Shown here: positions 25,901 through 28,157 of the stretch, in pieces
How positions within the stretch are numbered: the stretch's first letter is position 1
Layout of the letters: each line of letters opens with the position of its first letter
Source of the DNA: a virus
Lineage: Duplodnaviria; Caudoviricetes
Strand: one strand, 5' to 3'
Virus record (IMG/VR): IMGVR_UViG_3300032302_000076
Location: 1 to 28,157 of that record
DNA length: 28,157 bases
Notes under the pieces: generated by a model
Told to the model about the DNA's origin: nothing
The model's input: only the letters and a program-made list of their open reading frames with translations
The model's database searches: none
Position numbers and translations under genes: made by a program

Positions 25901-26521
25901 TACGGCAGTCGTTGGAAGGATGTGTTCTATGCCACGGCATGGAAGATGCACAACGATTCCTATGAACCAAGTGCAAACATGATCGAGACTGCCATCGACA
26001 AAATGTACGAGGAGATCGTGCTTGAGGGAACGCCACAGAGTTGGACATGGACTGACAAGGGAACTCGTGGTCCACTTCCAATCGGCACGGACAAGATCGT
26101 CAAGACCTACATGAAGGACACTCCCGGTGAGCGTGAGCGACTCAACGAGGTTGCTGACGAAGAGAAGGATGATATCTACAAGGAGTGGTCGAAACTCGTC
26201 AACATGGGACCGAAAGAACTGTCTAACTTCATCGATTCGGATGAGGGCGAAGAGGCAGGATTGAGCCGCAAGGAAGCGGGCAAAGCAGGAGCGAGTGGTG
26301 GAAAGATCAAGTCGGGTCGGGATTCGGCTCGTGCCATCGTTCGTATGCTTGAGCGCAAGAAAGATTCATGGTCGGACAACGATTGGGAATGGGCAAAGCG
26401 ACAGATCAACTTCATCAACCGAATGAAGGGTGCGAAGGGCAAGTTGCGTGAGCCTGATGGAAAGGCAACACGCAAACTGCTAGCACTCAAGATTTGGGGA
26501 CATGATCCGGAGAAGAAATGA
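22913..26521 (+). CDS. 1202-aa multidomain protein: HIGH-type nucleotidyltransferase (cytidyltransferase-like), RimK-like ATP-grasp, retropepsin-like protease, basic segments and a DUF3140-like C-terminus
   Basis: FGRMNPPTIGH and MSASKMR; ANK..T, FPVIVK..GAEGIGV, QEF, DVR, FRTN..RG, GID, IEMNASPG; AKIDTG; LVNM..EL...WGHDP. Confidence 0.85.
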   Translation: MIERFSQRLTEAKKKDTVVFAFGRMNPPTIGHGAVVDKVMEEAAKRNADHFIFTSASQDAKKNPLSQKQKVSYLKKFFPKGNFPVGKSINPFDTVLYLCQEGYKHIVVVTGSDHLAEYNKIKEYQGKADKSGRKYSFDTLEVVIAGQTRSDTAQGVAGMSASKMRAAAFEGDFAKFSTGVPGTDKALKKKLYDEVRKGLNLKEEFIPEATDPNEDVTILALTSSEKDLSDTIEKMEAICKKRKIEFYAVKTSKAQIDISNVASKKIVIKNYDGEGKDATIVPGNTVAIVRGGVMNSDIGVAIMTILQNNGVFMVNERGGMELCANKLETAIALKKHGLPHPRTAFVANEENIESAVKEIGGKFPVIVKTLTGAEGIGVSKIESMESLKSVLQTLWKYGAEVIMQEFLPDFKNDVRSIVLNGKIFACAKRDKAPKDFRTNIARGSKGGSFQLSDEEIKLVEQAARVSKCYYVGIDHVINEGKPYIIEMNASPGSGNIYYRYYEDGKGKDNVKGEEIVEDFLNYILNKAHWKLFSNLAVREEVKIDGVEYTAKIDTGNSGYNMIHGEEIKDNGNHTVTFKLPNGKKVTKKIVSRITVKSGIGVKKRLVILMDVEFHGKKYTNVKFSIGDRSHMSTKVLFGLQFLSKTGMMVDPADAIYPQPDVNAKRKSEEEEEEELAEDMPIAVALDATKEIIRTPAVATKLFTLVNKKKQMPPDQFKEYAKHVKDEVILQAYKASGATMNLSSFATQSKIGKFITKLIDKLVISGGIEVSTILNKAMSLTIPLTTILHMGDEAEGETIEEADIGKDKGYTTKSGKTKESPKGKAGLPKKYTTGLSKKEADLRKQRLAKRKGMSDDDPKTWEFVNPKEKDIKTKPSKYTQAFKKLAKSGKIKALKNQYEVEESLAAIRVLESLDQRSRISKAILLEQKALQGGRSDAAVVYRSFIEHEKDSLYQKYSDIPTTLDEDIEHLMTEVSPPSGPARRFSKKEKIKKEFQKRYGSRWKDVFYATAWKMHNDSYEPSANMIETAIDKMYEEIVLEGTPQSWTWTDKGTRGPLPIGTDKIVKTYMKDTPGERERLNEVADEEKDDIYKEWSKLVNMGPKELSNFIDSDEGEEAGLSRKEAGKAGASGGKIKSGRDSARAIVRMLERKKDSWSDNDWEWAKRQINFINRMKGAKGKLREPDGKATRKLLALKIWGHDPEKK

Positions 26522-26778
26522 AACGCTTCAAGGATCTGGTGTTGAACATACAAGAGGCTCGTATTGCGGGTCTCGAAAAGAAAGCAAAGGCTAGCGGCAT
26601 TCCGTATAGCATCTTGAAACAAGTCTACGACCGTGGAATGGCTGCTTGGAAAGGCGGACATCGCCCCGGAGCAAACTCTCACGCATGGGCGTTCGCCCGT
26701 GTGAACTCATTTATCGTCGGTGGCAAGACTCGCCATACTGCCGACAAAGACCTATGGAAAAAGGCAAAGGGTGGCTAA
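26518..26778 (+). CDS. Small basic viral protein (DUF5824-like), probable internal head protein
   Basis: SGIPYSILKQVYDRGMAAW..GHRPGA...WAFARVNSF motif; N-terminus MKRFKDLVLNIQEA. Confidence 0.7.
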   Translation: MKRFKDLVLNIQEARIAGLEKKAKASGIPYSILKQVYDRGMAAWKGGHRPGANSHAWAFARVNSFIVGGKTRHTADKDLWKKAKGG

Positions 26779-26789
26779 CACCCGTTTGT

Positions 26790-26797
26790 GATAAATA
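26790..26797 (+). promoter_or_regulatory. T4-late-like promoter GATAAATA
   Basis: Intergenic; upstream of ATG 26830. Confidence 0.7.
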
Positions 26798-26829
26798 GGA
26801 TCAGCACTCCAAAGTCGAAGGGATTTCCA

Positions 26830-27381
26830 ATGTTTACCAACCCACACAACCAAAATCTACTGAATGATGTCATGCGTGTCATGAACGGTGAGACCACCGA
26901 GCAGCCGATTCGTCCGATTCCGCAATGGATCACCGAGGCTGCTGTTGTAGCCGCCAAGGAAATCACGGGAGCCGAGAAGGATGCCGTGGTGACCCTCGAA
27001 TCCCGCAGAGACATCCTTCGCAAGTTCTTCTCCGAGGCTGTTGAGAATTGCAACTGCGAAGTGACAAAGGAAAGCCCACTTCAATTCGAAGAGGCTGTAC
27101 AGAAGGCAATCAATGAGGCTCGTTCGACCGTGGCTAACGCTGTCATCAGCGAAGCCAAGATGGGAACAGGCGTTCCCGCTGGTGCCTCCGAAAAGGAATT
27201 TGCTAAAGCCCGTGCAGCCAATCCGTACAAGGTTCGCCTTGGTAAGGGTGTGCCCGCCGGTGCGCCGATGAAGAAGGAAGAGGTCGAGGTCGAGGTCGAG
27301 GCTGAACTCCGTGAGTTCCTGACCCAACTGACCACGGAAGAGATCGCTACTCTCCGTAACATCATCAACGAAACCCGCTAA
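26830..27381 (+). CDS. Glu/Ala-rich hypothetical late protein, probable prohead core/internal protein
   Basis: Late-type promoter and AAGGGA RBS; repeated (I/F)-x-E-A; duplicated GxGVPAGA. Confidence 0.7.
   Translation: MFTNPHNQNLLNDVMRVMNGETTEQPIRPIPQWITEAAVVAAKEITGAEKDAVVTLESRRDILRKFFSEAVENCNCEVTKESPLQFEEAVQKAINEARSTVANAVISEAKMGTGVPAGASEKEFAKARAANPYKVRLGKGVPAGAPMKKEEVEVEVEAELREFLTQLTTEEIATLRNIINETR
27280..27300 (+). repeat. GAGGTC tandem repeat (3.5 copies) encoding EVEVEVE
   Basis: Sequence gaggtcgaggtcgaggtcgag. Confidence 0.8.
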
Positions 27382-27384
27382 ATA
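27377..27384 (+). promoter_or_regulatory. T4-late-like promoter GCTAAATA
   Basis: Overlaps the TAA of the upstream gene; precedes the GAGGAG RBS and ATG 27408. Confidence 0.65.
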
Positions 27385-27407
27385 ACACCACAGAGGAGAT
27401 TCCCCCG

Positions 27408-28133
27408 ATGCTTTGGAACAACAACGACAGAGAAGAAGCAAAGCCGACATGGCTGACCCTGAGCCAAAAGATTAACTGCGTCCGCACCGTGAATGGTTGG
27501 GAAATCCCGCTGCACGGCGCAAACTTGGGTGCTGAGTTCGGTGGTCTAGGCAACATTTCTGCTACAGGCTCTTGGGCAGGAAGCCCCGGCGCATCGGGCG
27601 GTATGACGGCATTCACGAAGTACACCGAAATTCTCGTCTCCATGCCCATCGACAACATCAACGATGTGAATGTGATTGCAACCGTTACTGGTCCGCAGAC
27701 GAGTTTCCAGATCACTAACCGTGGTCAAACAGGAATCGCTCTCACGGGCGGAACTCTTGCTTACTACTATTCGACCGCTCCTGCCGCAGGAGTGACCTCG
27801 GGTCTTGTTGCTGTCGGTACTGTGGTTGGTGCTACCGCTGTTGCGGGTGGCTACAACTATCAGATCAATGGCTTCAGCAATCTCCCGACCATTAGTGGTC
27901 CAAAAGCCGTTGCTTCGGGTGGTGTGTTTGTCTTCGGTGATCTCGGAACCGTAACTGGTGGAACTGCAACGGTGACATCGGTTTCCGCTTTCATTGATCA
28001 ATGGATCATCAACCCGCTCTTGGCTGGCTATTCAGGTCTTTCGGGTCAAGGCATTACCGCAGGACGGCGTGGTGCAACTGGTGGTCTCACGAGTGGCTTC
28101 GATTCCAACGAAGCACCGAACACTCGCCCATAG
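27408..28133 (+). CDS. Gly/Thr/Ser-rich putative virion structural protein
   Basis: Late-type promoter and strong RBS; N-terminal MLW..D....KP.WL...GW pattern; low-charge G/T/A/S-rich body. Confidence 0.65.
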   Translation: MLWNNNDREEAKPTWLTLSQKINCVRTVNGWEIPLHGANLGAEFGGLGNISATGSWAGSPGASGGMTAFTKYTEILVSMPIDNINDVNVIATVTGPQTSFQITNRGQTGIALTGGTLAYYYSTAPAAGVTSGLVAVGTVVGATAVAGGYNYQINGFSNLPTISGPKAVASGGVFVFGDLGTVTGGTATVTSVSAFIDQWIINPLLAGYSGLSGQGITAGRRGATGGLTSGFDSNEAPNTRP

Positions 28134-28157
28134 AACGGAAGAGCGTCTTGTAGGGAA

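Noticed and set aside
1-28157. CRISPR array, transposase, integrase, rRNA, intrinsic terminators
   Set aside because: No spaced repeats or such genes seen, and no convincing hairpin plus U-tract in the short intergenic gaps.

Overview
A 28 kb segment of a T4-like (Tevenvirinae/Kyanoviridae-style) myophage genome, with all credible genes on the + strand. The replication core is regA (partial), gp43 DNA polymerase, uvsX and gp41 helicase. Accessory genes interrupt it in three places. (1) A nucleotide/SAM block holds dUTPase, an Nmad1-like protein, an i-type lysozyme-like protein, an AdoMet decarboxylase, two N4/N6 DNA methyltransferases and GroES. (2) A ~10.5 kb, 13-gene soluble glycan-biosynthesis island sits between uvsX and gp41; it includes UDP-galactopyranose mutase and a phosphoribulokinase-like/class II aldolase fusion. 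(3) After gp41 come a non-canonical tRNA-Ile(UAU) and a block under T4-late-like promoters. That block encodes a ligase-motif protein and a 1202-aa polyprotein (HIGH-type nucleotidyltransferase + RimK ATP-grasp + retropepsin + poly-Glu + DUF3140-like) whose domain borders carry (L/I/V)-x-E motifs resembling prohead-protease sites. Promoters often reuse upstream stop codons, several transcripts look leaderless, and AGCT/GGCC/CGCG appear strongly avoided. All family calls come from motif recognition by eye; no database search was run.
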